Source of the DNA: Xylographa opegraphella
Taxonomy: Eukaryota
Assembly (NCBI GenBank): GCA_022813865.1
Contig: JALDZX010000087.1
Location: 1-57,432, forward strand
Length of the DNA: 57,432 bases
Direction: 5' to 3'
The notes under the pieces are model-generated. The model saw only the letters and a list, made by a program, of their open reading frames with translations. It searched no databases and had not been told where the DNA came from. Shown piece by piece: positions 38,845 to 51,838 of the stretch. A program made the position numbers and the translations under genes. Every line of letters begins with the position of its first letter. Within the stretch, counting starts at the first letter, position 1.

Positions 38845-40685
38845 ATGTCTGACGACGATGATTTTATGCAAGATTCCGATCAGGAACAGTAAGTAGAAGC
38901 TGCTGTAGGTTGAATTGCACTTCACCTAATTGTACCCAGGTACGATTTTGAATATGAAGACGACGATGAGCAAGAGACTGGTGATGTGGACGTGGAAAAT
39001 AAATATTACAATGCGAAGCAGATGAAGGCGGATAATCCTGAAGAGGCAATAATAGAGTTCCTGGGATTACCCGCTTTGGAGCAGGAGAAGGGGGACTGGT
39101 TTGTTGATCATGAGCACGCGACTATTTTATGCTAAACACCAACCTGTAGGGGCTTCAAGGGATTGAAACAGGCAATCAAGCTCGAATTCAAACTTGGCCA
39201 GTACGACAAGGTCAGCAGATAGTCGCGTGTCCATATTCTTGGTCGCTGAACTCCATCAGGCTGTGGTGCACTACCGTGAATTACTTACTTATGTGAAATC
39301 CGCTGTAACAAGGAATTATTCAGAAAAGTCAATCAACAATATGCTGGACTTCATAGAGAAAGGTTCCGATGATCCGCGAGCCTACAAGTGCATGGAGCAG
39401 TTCTACTCGCAAACACTCGACTCTTTTCAGAGTACGAACAATGAGAGACTATGGTTAAAGACTAATATTAAGCTCGCACGGTTGTGGTTGGATCGAAGAG
39501 AGTACACACACCTTGTCAGGAAGGTTCGGGAGTTACACAAAGCTTGTCAAAAAGAAGACGGCACGGATGATCCAAGCAAAGGCACATATTCCCTGGAGGT
39601 TTATGCTCTGGAAATTCAAATGTACGCTGACACGAGGAATAACAAGCGTCTTAAGGTATGACCACTTATGTTACATCTCCCTTGACCGCGCGAGTAACCT
39701 TTCAACTCAGGCTCTGTACCAGCGAGCACTCAAGGTACGTTCGGCGGTGCCCCACCCCAAAATCATGGGAATCATACGCGAGTCTGGTGGCAAGATGCAT
39801 ATGAGTGAAGGTACGTTGTTTGCATTGTTGGTGTGCACGACATGTGACTGCCAAGATATCACGACGCATCGGCAGGGATCTTGTCGATTAGCGAGATGCC
39901 AAGCCTTACTGACTACAAGCGTAGAAAACTGGAAGTTGGCTCAAATCGACTTCTTCGAGTCGTTCAGGAATTACGATGAGGCTGGCTCTTTACAACGGAT
40001 ACAAGTCCTGAAATATCTAGTTCTGACGACTATGTTGATGGGTTCTGACATTAATCCGTTTGATTCCCAAGAGACAAAACCTTACAAGAACGATCCACGC
40101 ATCAGCGCCATGACCGACCTTGTAGACGCTTATCAACGCAATGATATCCACAGATACGAGTCGATCCTACAGAACAATAAGGACGTTCTGGAAGATCCTT
40201 TCATCGCTGAGAATATCGACGAAGTAACCCGATCGATGCGAACAAAGGCGGTCTTGAAACTGATTGCTCCGTACACCCGCTTCACGTTAGACTTCATTGC
40301 CAAACAGCTCAAAATATCTGAAGCCGAGGTGCAGGACATCGTCGGCTTCCTTATCGTCGACAAGAAACTCCGAGGCAAGATCGACCAATCCCACGGGAGC
40401 GTTGAGATCGAGAGCAACCCGGATGCAGACCGCACCCAGGCGATGCAAGAGTGGACGTCCGCGATCCGATCGCTCTGTAAAACAGTCCTGAATGAAGCAG
40501 AAGGTTTTAAGGCAGAGGACTCGTCAATCGTGCTAGGGGGCACCGCGGTTTCCGGATTTCCTTCCTCGCATATGGATCTCGAGGGCCTTAAGCAAAACGG
40601 AGGTCGAGGACCTAATGGATGGGCCAAAGGCAGGGGTGGCCAGAAGCGAAGTGGTGGACGCGCGCAGCTCGGAAGTGTGAAGTGA
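38845..40685 (+). CDS. CSN2: COP9 signalosome subunit 2, 6 exons
   Basis: MSDDDDFMQDSDQE, DVENKYYNAK, GDWGFKGLKQ, VTRNYSEKSINNMLD, NERLWLKTN, SAVPHPKIMG, INPFDSQETKPYK and a PCI domain. Confidence 0.96.
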
Positions 40686-41761
40686 GACAACATTGCGGAT
40701 GTGATGGAAAGATGCCTTGTGACTAACGGCCAAGCGTATTTGACGCCGTCCCTTACTGCGTGGCCGTGAACAAACCGTAAAATCTCTCTATGGTGTTGAG
40801 GTGATGTGGCAGTACAAAGATGGCTGACTGGGTGGAGAGAGCCTTAGTTGCAGTGACATTAAGCAACGCCATGCAGCCAGGCCGGCGGGGAACAGATGAA
40901 GGAGCTAGCGATGCTCGGTCCTTCGGTCATCGTCAATAGTTGCCATCTGCATGCATTGGCTTTTGCCCTGCTGGAGGCATGCAGGGTCTGTGTCACTGAA
41001 TATGAAAGGTACCTTAGCATGCTGCCCGCACAGATAGAGAGTGCTTTGATGTCCCAATAATCGAACGACTTGTAACGACGTCCTCTGATGTCGTATTATA
41101 GCTGTGTCGGGTGCTGTTAATTGGTGTCACTCCAGCTTCGAGGCGGAGTGGACCTCACGTTCCTATCCTGCTGTACCACTCCACCTACTTGGAGGGAATT
41201 ACTTAGTCATAGCTGGGCGCGTACACCTTAGTAGCATTCCGCACGACAACCACCGCCCTTATTCAATCCTCCAATCGTCGGTCGAGCGTGGATGGCCTGT
41301 CCACGTTGAATGGGCGTACAAATTGCAGATACCCGCGACGGCTGAACGCCGCCATCAAAAGTACGACGGCTCCCTGCACTAATTGTCAGAGAGCGTATAT
41401 AGATCTGTCAAGGCTTCCGGCACTACACGCATTGAAGTGAGCCTTGACTTCATGGACAGACTTGACGAAATCCCATCGAGGTAAGGATGGATCTCGATAT
41501 TCTTGCAACATATATCTCCCAGTACAATGCCAGTCTTCACTGATGCTCCCTCGTCCTTACTTGCGACCTTGGATTGGCAAGTGAAGTGGTGAAATGGACC
41601 AATGTGATGGCTGCCACTACTGCTCCTACCATCCTCATCCTCTTCAATATCTTGGCTTACAGTCAGACTTGTTGCTTACTACAAATTCTACTCGATTAGA
41701 TTTCCCAGTGCACCAAAATTATGAGCGGTGCCGCATTATAGATCTTCCTCTTTGTAATGAC

Positions 41762-43512
41762 ATGGATTCCGAAAATATTGCAGAGCAGTTGAGTCTTTCC
41801 GAGGGCTTCGAAGCCGGAGTCGGGGTCAGGAATGTTTTTCTGGTGCTTGACTTCATACATTGACTCCTTTCAGGGACCACTTGTCGGTCCTAAGGAGCCA
41901 ATCACCTCAGTGCTCAAAACTTTGGCAACGACCAGTGACACGGTGTATCGGATGAAACGACAGGTACGGCTCGAGATAGGGACATATATAACAGCAACAG
42001 ACTGATGATGCTAGTGGATATTGTCAAACTACTTCGTATACCGATACATAATCGGCGATGGAAATTGTGGCTGGCGAGGTTGGTTCTTTGGGATTGCTGC
42101 TACGAAATTGCTGCTATCTGTAGGGAATGCTAATCATGTTCTCCTTAGCTATCATCTTTGCTCTCTTCGAAGTTCTTCTTCGATCGGGCTCACATGCAAA
42201 TTGTCTAGACCAAATCACTCGCATGAAAGACCTGGAGACTTCACTAAAGAATGATTTCGACAACGAGGAATTCATATATGAAGACTGGCGGGACGCTACA
42301 CTGGACCTTCTTCAATGGGTAGCGGACTCTATACCATGCACTGACGATACAGTAGCGCTCACGCAAAAGTTCAACGATCCAGAAACCGCGGGCCAAGTTA
42401 TACAGTGGTTTAGGGTAGGTTCATTTTACCGTCTACCAAAGCTTTAATTTCGAAGCATGACTAAGGGCAATTGCAGATGATTGCTGGTGCATGGTTGTTA
42501 AAACATGCGGACCTATACAAAGGCTTCATGGGAGATGTGAGTGAGTATAAGAGCAGGCACATAGATCCGCACGTGGCAGAGATAGAAGAATTTGGCATCA
42601 AGATATTGTTCGATGCTGTAATAGAGCCGGCAGGAATTGATGTCGAGATCGTGTACGTCGATCGTAGTGAGACCAACGGTATCGCCAATATCCACAGGTA
42701 CGAACCGCAGCTGCCCTCTGGTGAGCCGAAGCCGGGTTATCGGGACACAATAAGACTGCTATATAGCATCCCGTAAGTTCAATCGAGAGATCTGGGAAGT
42801 ACGAGAACGATCCATCACTGACTATTATAGACAAGGCGCTCACTACGACTTGTTGTATAAAGAGCAAGATTTCCTAGAGAATCCGCGGGTTCTCCGTTCT
42901 GATGATAAAGAAAACTATATTGAAGATGAGCTTCTGCAACGAGAGCCAATGCTTGCAAAAGCGCGGTTCGGAAAGTCCCACGGGCCTGGCAATCGTCTTC
43001 AAGATCCGCAATTTTCGTTCCCAGGAAATCTTGAATACCCGACTGCTACGGCCGATTACACAGGCATCTTCGACACACATGAAGGCTTCGACGAGGACTT
43101 TCTGTTCTCCAACGAATACGTAAATATCACTAGTCCAGATGCGTTGTTGCAGCCGATGGAAACAACATTTGAGGCACCAATAGTCAGGCAATCTGAACAG
43201 ATCTGGCGTTCGAGGGTTGACCAGCGGAGTGCCGACGACCCTATCCGAACTCATATGTTGGGCTATATAGCAAGAGATTCACATGTGCCGGCTCCACCTG
43301 CTCCACAGCAGTTTTCAGGTTCATCGACTCATGCTCGGTAAGGACTGACCATTCTTTCAAGAATGGGAGAAACGCTAACTAACGACTGTAGCATACCGAA
43401 GGCAGTGGAAACTGCTATCGTCGAGCACAAATTCATTCACGAAGACCCAGGCAGGCAAGGTCGAAAAACAGCAAAGGTTGAAGTGAAACCCCCTTCAGAG
43501 GACATCTCGTGA
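41762..43512 (+). CDS. Otubain-like (OTU, peptidase C65) deubiquitinase, divergent, about 7 exons
   Basis: GPLVGPKE exon, IGDGNCGWRA catalytic Cys box, VIQWFR, EIVYVDRS and RLLYSIP|QGAHYDLLY catalytic His box. All joins are GT-AG. The start is uncertain (in-frame ATG also at 41594). Confidence 0.8.
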
Positions 43513-44034
43513 CAGGGCCTGCTGCGAAGCCGGGGAAAATTAAGACAAATTTTTCGGGCTATAGAATTGTGAAGCGTTTGCAACCCTGGCAACCCTGACA
43601 ATCCTCGACTGGGCTTTGCTTATGGCGCTCCAAGATATCTCCTGGCACTGGAGGTCTCATCTCACTGTTTCGGCATATGCTATGCTCGCATGTATAAGAC
43701 CATTTCAATATTCACTTCGTTGAGTTGTCTTGTACTTCCCCTCAAGGATCCAGCAGCCAGAGTGAGTCGTGCTCGACATGTACATGGATTCGGTATGCAA
43801 GTAGTATATTTAGGATAAGCTATTGACTGTGCACAATGACATTGCATGCAGAAGTCATACATATGGTGAGATAGATGTGTGTATTGCAAGATGCACAGCA
43901 ATAACAGTTCCGTAATTCGGCAGGGAGTTCTATACTGTACATTACAGAAGTAATGGTTCCGCAGGACCATCATACCCTGCCTCATCTGCCCATGACTTTG
44001 CACATCCAAGCCTCCGATCTCCCCAGGCCCCAAA

Positions 44035-44505
44035 CTATGAGCGCTTTTCTGTCGGCTTCTGTGTCTTTGCAGCGTGGTTCCTCGGGTCATTCCTGAACTC
44101 GGGTGCTGCGAAAATCATCCTATCAGCATCGACCATTTGTACGCATCGCAGATAAGCGGGAGCATGGCGTAGGAGTGGGAACATTGAGATATCGAGACGT
44201 ACTGTTGATCATGGAAGTCGCGATGGAATTGATACCGTACATAATGATCGCACCTATGCGTTGCGAATTGTTAGCCAGTCATTTCCATGCACAAACCGTT
44301 GTCTCGTTCTGGGAAGTGTAGGGACCATAAGTCCATTTGGATCCAGGACAGTGTTTGTGGGGGGGGGGAGCTGACCGGCTGTGTAGAATGGCCACATAGG
44401 CTCTGCTGTAAGGACGTCAGTACTGGTATTCGAACCCGATGGACAAAAGACGAATGACAGCGTACCGACCGGCGCCGGAAACTTCTTGCCTAGGAGAGAG
44501 GGCAT
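44035..44505 (-). CDS. ATP18: Mitochondrial ATP synthase subunit i/j, 4 exons
   Basis: Spliced product MPSLLGKKFPAPVAEPMWPFYTAGAIIMYGINSIATSMINTPEFRNDPRNHAAKTQKPTEKRS. Three canonical introns. Confidence 0.92.
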
Positions 44506-44764
44506 CGTGTGTATTCTCGGGGACTTATTGCGTGTTTCAATGGATGGTTTGCGAGGAATGGATTAGGTGATTGTTGGAGCTTGATTCCGACTTTGTATAT
44601 CCAGTGCCGCTTGGAGGTAAAGCTCACGCCGCTTTTGGCTACTTCGGGACTAGCCCCCTACCTCAATGTATCGGAACACATAGTAAACATTAGCCATTAT
44701 TGTGCGTCCTCACACGCGATCTCGAAAGGCTATAGGAGCCAGATAGGGTGGCGGGTCAGGCGCG

Positions 44765-45394
44765 ATGGCATCGCCACTGTCCGGCTGTGTCAATTCTCTG
44801 CAATCCAGTATCTCGCTTCTGGGCTCAAGCATCTCCATTCTCGACTCCGGCGTTAATGATTTCCCGCGGCTGGCGAAGGTGCTACAAACCACTCGGGTGA
44901 GTCTACAAATGCTATGGCCTTACTTCATTCCCGAATTTTCATTCAAAATACAAATTGTGCTCCGCTAAGACCCCCATAAGCACTTCGAGCTCCTCCCCGA
45001 ATCGCACCTCCAAGCCGCCCAGGCCTCTCTCCTCGCATCCATCACCCCAGAACTAAGCTCACTCCTGAAGCGCGTTGAAAACCATCTCGACAAGCTCGCC
45101 CGGCGCGAGCAAGCTCTGATCGCGAAGTACGAGTTGCAAGAGGGGAGGCTTTCGTCCAGTCGGAGCTCTGGCGTCGCACCACAGCATCGCGGGCGGCTTG
45201 GAAAGGGAGACGGGGAATATGGAAGCGAGGAAGATGATGGAGCAGAGGAGGAAGAATTGGAGCAAGGGCGAGAGCAGTTGCGGCTCAAGCAAATGCGGCA
45301 GAAGAAGGAGAGACTGAGTTATGCGGTCGAGAGGTTGACGCTGCAGGCACAGCAGAAAGAGAGGCAGCTGAGGATGAGTATGGCGGCGCAGTAG
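44765..45394 (+). CDS. SPC19: DASH/Dam1 complex subunit Spc19, 2 exons
   Basis: LSGCVNSLQSSISLL...DFPRLAKVLQTTR|HFELLPE...LARREQALIAKYELQ...KKERLSYAVERL. Confidence 0.93.
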
Positions 45395-46784
45395 GGGTTG
45401 GTAGGGTGTTGATTTGCTGTGGATGTGGTTGACCGATTGGCCTACAAAGTTACGACATCGGGAGCTCAATGTGGACAGGTATATGAAGGAACGTCGTCCC
45501 CTATGCGTACTATGAATAACTAGAGGTACAGTATGCAGGTTTCTGCTTACTGATGTGGGCTACAAGGGTTATGGTTGTTGGCAGGCAGGGACTGTATCGA
45601 GCTGTACATCGTGTCACGGCTTGTTGGGTGCAGGAGTCAGGTAGGGAATATACCCTATTAGTGCTATATAACTATTGACTGACAGACCTTATAGCTACTT
45701 AAGAAGTCACAATGGGAAGCTATGTTTGGGCGCTAAAATTGCGTTGTGCTAGTGTCCTGGTGTATGCTAGTCAGATTACCAGTATTCACTATTAGCAGTG
45801 TCTCAGGATACAGCAAGTTGTGACGATATTTGCTGCCTATAAAGAGAGCATCCTAAGAGGAAACCCTTTGACGGCCTGCTCACTCGCCTTCGGAAATCAA
45901 GAAGCAGCTATACCACCGTTCTTTTATTCACCGGAACTACCAAACAAGACTCCCGAAAACTTCACTTCATGAAATGTGATTGAAAGAACAGCAAGGCCGA
46001 GTGCCCACGCTCGAGGTATACAACCTCATGCGAGAGTATGCTCGAACGACAATCTACCAATAGAATCCTCACCATGCGGACAAGATCGAGAGAATCAGGA
46101 GCAAGGATTGTGATTGTCACGCCAGCACATACGCGGAGCACTAGTCACCATGGGACAGGCGTGTTGAACGGTTGCTCGGGACAGTCTAAGCCCAGTCGTT
46201 CTTCTCCTGTCATCAATAGGAAATCTGTGCGCCGAGGCCACAATGGAGAATGAGAGGGTCTCAAAATCTTGGATTGGATCAATGCGAGAAGAGGGAACGA
46301 GCGCAACAAGCCTATAGTCATGTTCGCTCCGGTTCACTCGTTCATTCAGAGAATTCTTATATCCCACTCGTGCGTCAAAATGGTATTGCAAACTATTGCT
46401 GCTACTGAGGTTTACTTCTTCCAAGCGTCTGGGTATTGTATTCCTCGAACACAGCATTCAGTTTTCCATAAATATTTATTCTGCAATTCTCCTTACTCCA
46501 TATACTTCTAAACATCCGATTCGATCGCGATGCCAGAGGCAGTATGGGGTTGATGTTTCCCTGCGCAATGACGTAGCTACAGTTATTTTCCAACACTCAA
46601 TCAACGTCGCGTGCAACTACGCAGAAATCTTTTGATATGATATTCCAGTTGGTACATGCAGCACATGACAATAGGTTTTAGAGGGCGCACTGTACTATTC
46701 CCATTTCACCTCAATTATCCACGGAAGGTACTTATATCCTCGATATATAATCACACCTGTTCTCGCTATCTCTATAGTCAAGCC

Positions 46785-47667
46785 ATGTCGACCGAGAACA
46801 ACAAAGCACTGAAGATATTGATGCTCCATGGTTGACCTCCCATCTCTTGTTTATCTTTGATATTGCCTTACCTAACCGCGTTATATACCAGGATACACAC
46901 AATCGGGTCCTCGCTTTCACGATAAAACCCGCGCACTTGAGAAGGCACTGATCAAAGCCTTTCCATCGTCTACTCTACACTACCCTACAGGGCCACTACC
47001 GCTACGGCCTGCCGATATACCAGGATTTGTCCCTTCAACACAAGGAAATGGTAACGAAGAGGAAACGGACTCGTTCGCGTGGTGGAGACGGCAAAGTGGT
47101 GACAGCCCTCTATATACAGGAATGGATAAGGGATTGGAGACAATTGCGGAGTCTATACGTCAAGAAGGGCCATTCGATGGAGCCATTGGGTTTTCGCAAG
47201 GCGGTGCGGCTACTGCCATCGTAGCCTCCCTATTGGAGCTCGGCAGGAGACAGGCCTTCGATACTGCGTATAACAAAGACCCACAGAAGTTTAAGTATCC
47301 TTCCTCCTTCGTAAATGACGATGGAGAGGCCATTCAACCGCCCTTAAAGTTTGCGATTGTTTATTCTGGCTTCGCGGCACCTTTTGAGCTTTATTCGGCC
47401 TTCTATGAGCCGAAGCTCACGACTCCGGTGCTTCATTTTCTTGGCAGTTTGGATACTCTGGTCGACGAGACGAGGGGAAGATTACTTATCGAATCCTGTG
47501 AGAATGGAGCGCAAAGAGTCGTTACACATCCTGGCGGCCATTTCCTTCCGAGCCAGAAAGTCTGGTTAGATGCTGCGATAGGCTTTGTCAAAGAGTGTGT
47601 CAACGGGGCTGCAACAAAGAAAGCAACACAAGAAGAAGGCGTCGAAGAAATGGACGTACCGTTCTAA
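46785..47667 (+). CDS. FSH1/OVCA2-family serine hydrolase, 2 exons
   Basis: LKILMLHG|YTQSG, GPFDGAIGFSQG nucleophile elbow, GSLDTLV (Asp) and HPGGHFLP (His). Confidence 0.92.
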
Positions 47668-49142
47668 TTATAATATAGGTTTGCAAGAATAGCCTCCACA
47701 CGCGACGACGATGGTGCCTCGTCAAGACTGATGGGTTGTAAAATCTGATCCAGTATATTCTAACAGTCTGTATCAGCAAAATATCCAGGCGAATCGGACG
47801 TTCGCTCTGAGCAACCGTCAGGAAGAGTTGGGGCCGCTCCGGCGTGTCACCAAAACGCTTATCTATTGGCCCGATCTCTCAATGAAGCAGGCTAGGACTA
47901 CAACCACGCTCCGAAGCACCGGCCCATTCGTTGCAGAGCCATATACTTTGCAAGCTTCTTCTCACGCGATGCTTGAAACTTAGAAGGGGCCGCCGATCTT
48001 CCTGTATGCTGTGTGTGGGCACAGGGCTCACAATGAAACTATTAATAAGGATTATTGGGGCAAGCGTATCATGATATATAATATCTTCAACAGAAACCAG
48101 CATTTGATGGAGATCGACCACTCGCCCCGAGCTTTAGGTGCTCTGTTCCTCAAAAACCCAGTAGAAATTGGTCAAGCCGAAAGCCGATCAATGACAAACC
48201 TTGCATTTTGAGGAAGACAAATAGATAAGTAGAACAAACAATGTTTTGACAACTACATAATATTACTTCCTAGATGTCAGATGTATAATAGCCAAACAAT
48301 CAGTTACAATTATCAAGAGCGATTCTGCACGGTGGTCTTGTATAGTAGTGAACCGTTCTTGGTAGCGAACAGATATTCTGCACCATGATATATAGAAGAT
48401 TGGGCTGAACACTGGGAAGCAATACGAGTGGGCTTCCTGGGGTATCTTGCTGGCTTTCGAGGTTCACAAGCCATTGCTGTGCCTTTCGAAAGGGGTTCGG
48501 TGCTTGTGTATGTCTGGTAGCCTGTTGCTGGCTTGGTGCCATGGTGTATGTTCGAGTATTGTCCGCATGCGTAAACCCCGGCAGTGTACCCAGTTTCCTA
48601 CCTTTGTTTCCTACATTTGTGTCCAACAACCCTCACCGCATTAACCCCAATTTCATCTGATCTGCTATTCCTACTACTATTGGCCCGAATCTGAACAAGC
48701 AATTGTTGCCAGATTGATAGTCAGCTCTGAATACTCTACACGTTTGCAAGCGTTTGAAACAGTTCCCATTGCACTGTTTATACTTCCTCCCACAATGGCA
48801 GTTCCGTACCGGGCATTACCTCCGAATTGACTATTACTGGCTACGACGACAGATTTACTATTTCTCAGAAATGTTCCGTCGCATTTATCAACTAGCTCAA
48901 TCATGTACTTGATGACAGAAAAGGCTTATGCGAGCTGAGGCATGCTATGGAGACTGCTGAACGGAGAGCGTGATTCTGATAGCGGATCCTATGCAAATCA
49001 ACACGATGAATGTCACTAAACAGGCTAATTTTAGTCCTTAAAGAAAGAATATTAGACGGAATCGTTTTTGAACATCGGAACGTGCATACAAATGGTAAAT
49101 GACTGGCTGTTCCAGTGACCAGCCGCGTCAATGATTGTCAAC

Positions 49143-49221
49143 ACCAATATTATAGGCCCATCGCTGCAATGACCGCAATACCAAAAATTATAGGTCCATC
49201 ACTGCACTGGCCGCAAAACCA
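49143..49221. repeat. Degenerate 37-38-bp tandem duplication (2 copies)
   Basis: ACCAATATTATAGGCCCATCGCTGCAATGACCGCAAT followed by ACCAAAAATTATAGGTCCATCACTGCACTGGCCGCAAA. Confidence 0.8.
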
Positions 49222-50294
49222 GGGTGCGTGTATCGCGACATGCTCATCGCTCTCGACGGTCGCAGTCGTTATCTCCGTGGTTCTGTCTTTCGTCAGACCA
49301 GAGGTCCAGAGCACACCAAACACTCACTGCCAATTCCACACTCTAATCACTATGCTTCGTGGTGGTGATTACGACAACGGGGTGCCATAATCTAACAGCG
49401 CCAATAAGGTCGGGGAAATGGATACAGATGTGACACTTCTCCAATATTCCTCATATCATGATTAGCCCTGTCAGAACGGGCGAGCGAGGGAGCCTGTAAG
49501 CTAAGCACTAAAGTCATAGCTACTAGTCAACCGAAGGTACTGACAGCTCCATAGCAGAGTGGCTGGGGCTTCCGAAAAGCAGAGTGTGGCTGCATAAGAT
49601 GATGTGGTTAATGGTGTGAGTAGTAAAGAATGATCTGCAGACGAAAGCGGGAAAATGGAGTTGATCCGCATATCTTGGCTTACACGACGTACTTAGGCTG
49701 CATATGTGGCGCCACGTGCTTGATCATGCGAAATAAAGCGAGTCGAGGATCGCAAGATTGTGATGATGAAGGCCAGACAATGTAGCTATGCTGGGCGTGA
49801 CAGGTGAGACGGCAAAGCTGCGGATTGCACTTGCATGGCTGGATGGTGTCATGGGACCTAGATTTCTGATCAATGGGTTTATGCAGAAACGAAGCAAAGA
49901 GATGGTCCTTTGTTGCTAACGTATATCCGTGGTATTGTCACAGGAGGCCTGCTGGTGCCGAGCTTAAGGTAGGGTTCGACTTGACTATTGTGGCCGTGGT
50001 AATTCTTTCAACAACAGCATGGGCTGCAAGTCTGCAGGAGTATTGCCATTTGCGTCCATTACTATTCCAGAAAAAACTGGCGGTAAGACGAATGTCTGGT
50101 TTCTTTGTTCACTAATTTTGCGGTTGTTTATTCGCAACCCGAGAGCTTTATAAAGGTGACGTCTCCTTCCCATCGTAAGCGCAATCCCATTTCACTTAAC
50201 GAAACAGAGGTTAGTAGCCAGCAACTCCACGGCCTAGAATATATGTTAACCTCAAAACACCACAATAGAAACCGTACTTGGCAGAACAATATCG

Positions 50295-50528
50295 ATGTCC
50301 ACCGCGGATTATGATGCCGACATCCGGAGACTGAAGGTATACTGGGACGCACGCATTCCGCACCTACGTGCCATGGGTTATTCCTACCGGGAGGCTCTCG
50401 CAACGATAAATGCCGTGAGCGAGAATGCAGCTGTAAGGAGTCCGAACGTCCCGCCCGTACCGCCCCTGTTCTTCGAAGCGGCTATTCAAATGCTGAAAGA
50501 TCACGGCTACCCCGGAGCCCCAGCCTAG
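50295..50528 (+). CDS. Candidate orphan small protein (77 aa)
   Basis: ATG-initiated ORF with protein-like composition. TATAAA at 50149 and a plausible 5'UTR intron at 50210-50268 (GTTAGT...GTTAAC...TAG). No recognisable family. Confidence 0.4.
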   Translation: MSTADYDADIRRLKVYWDARIPHLRAMGYSYREALATINAVSENAAVRSPNVPPVPPLFFEAAIQMLKDHGYPGAPA

Positions 50529-51838
50529 TATCGGCAGGAGAGCATGGAAGTCGTGCAGCTTATATATCAGGATAGGATAAGGGGTTTTGTTAAAGCGTTC
50601 CTGTTGAATTCAATCAGTGGCTACGTTGCAATGCCCCGCTGAAAACTTACTGGCGATCGTCAATGAAATATTTTGTGCGTTCAAGGCTTCGTCTGTGTTA
50701 AGTCCTTCCGTGCCAGCTCTGTTTTATCATGAGTTGTACCAGTGCGGGTGTATACAATGTGAAGCACTACAAATAATCTGGAGATCGGCCAACCGATGTG
50801 GCGAGCCCTACATCTATATTCCTGGGTTACGATAGTCACAAGAACCCCTTAATTCGACTCCACAACTGACTCAGTGCGGACCATATAAAGACGCGCGATG
50901 TCCACTTTGAGTTTTGCTTCCCTTGCCACTTCATCCTTCGTAAATCATGACCTAAATCTAATGGACGACCGGATGCAACGATGTGTGAAGTGTTGTGTAG
51001 TCAGCTCACGCGGAAATCGAGCATCATATTAATTCCAATTAGAATGACAGGGCGTGTCAGATTGAGAAGCTCGCACGAATAACATTAGCATCAATGAGCA
51101 AGTACAAATTATTCTGTCGAATGTTATCAGCAGTACAGATCAAATCGTTCAATGTAACGTAGGGGTACAATATGTGAAGAAGTAGAGAGAAGACCTGAAA
51201 TATACGAATCTCGAAATGGAGAAGCTAACTAACTATACTGCACCTCGGCGGGAGATAGGTGACCCACATAGAGAAGCTGAACGTATCATTCACAGCCATT
51301 TGGCATAGAAGAAACATGATCGATGATAAAATGACGAGCTTGTAGTATTGGGGTTCAAATATTCAGATTCAGATGGATCTGAACCAGTGTCGGGATGCTG
51401 CGACCACCCTCTCGTGCTGCATACAAAGGACGAAAAGCGCTTCACGTAGCTGGTACGAGCGAAGTAGGTCTCCATCCCAGCCGATGACAGCCTAGGAGGC
51501 ACTTCACGGCCAGAAAAGCAAATTGATGTTCAAAGAAGCAGATACAAAGTATCGAAAGATCTGGTCTAACGAGATTGTATGAATGAGTGAAGAAGATAAT
51601 GATTGAATGCAAGGGTTCGATGTGTGTCAGTACAGAAAGTACGCGAAGTGCGAATCACTCATCCCAAGAAGCAGCGACTGAGGGCACGCGTGATCTTGAG
51701 TACTCCACGGAATATATCAGCACGGCTTCTCGTTCCGACTAGAATAGTGATAACTTCGTAGAAGAACTCAAAGAATATTATTCAAGGACAGTATTTCCCT
51801 CGTCCTCATCCTCTATCGCTATCTTACAATCCGACAAC

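Noticed and set aside
38845..43512. CSN2 plus otubain as a functional deconjugation cluster
   Set aside because: Two-gene adjacency alone is weak evidence and no shared regulatory features are seen.
44253..44374. Longer ATP18 intron with CACAAAC/GTTTGTG complementarity, as an intronic snoRNA
   Set aside because: Only a 7-bp stem plus weak bulged pairing. No clear C/D or H/ACA boxes.
48677..48990. Minus-strand 75-aa ORF preceded by an in-frame TAA, as a possible pseudogene
   Set aside because: No recognisable domain and no convincing start or exon chain.
49970..49985. GGTTCGA T-loop-like motifs (also near 22358 and 51615) as tRNA genes
   Set aside because: No acceptor stem or cloverleaf in the flanking sequence.
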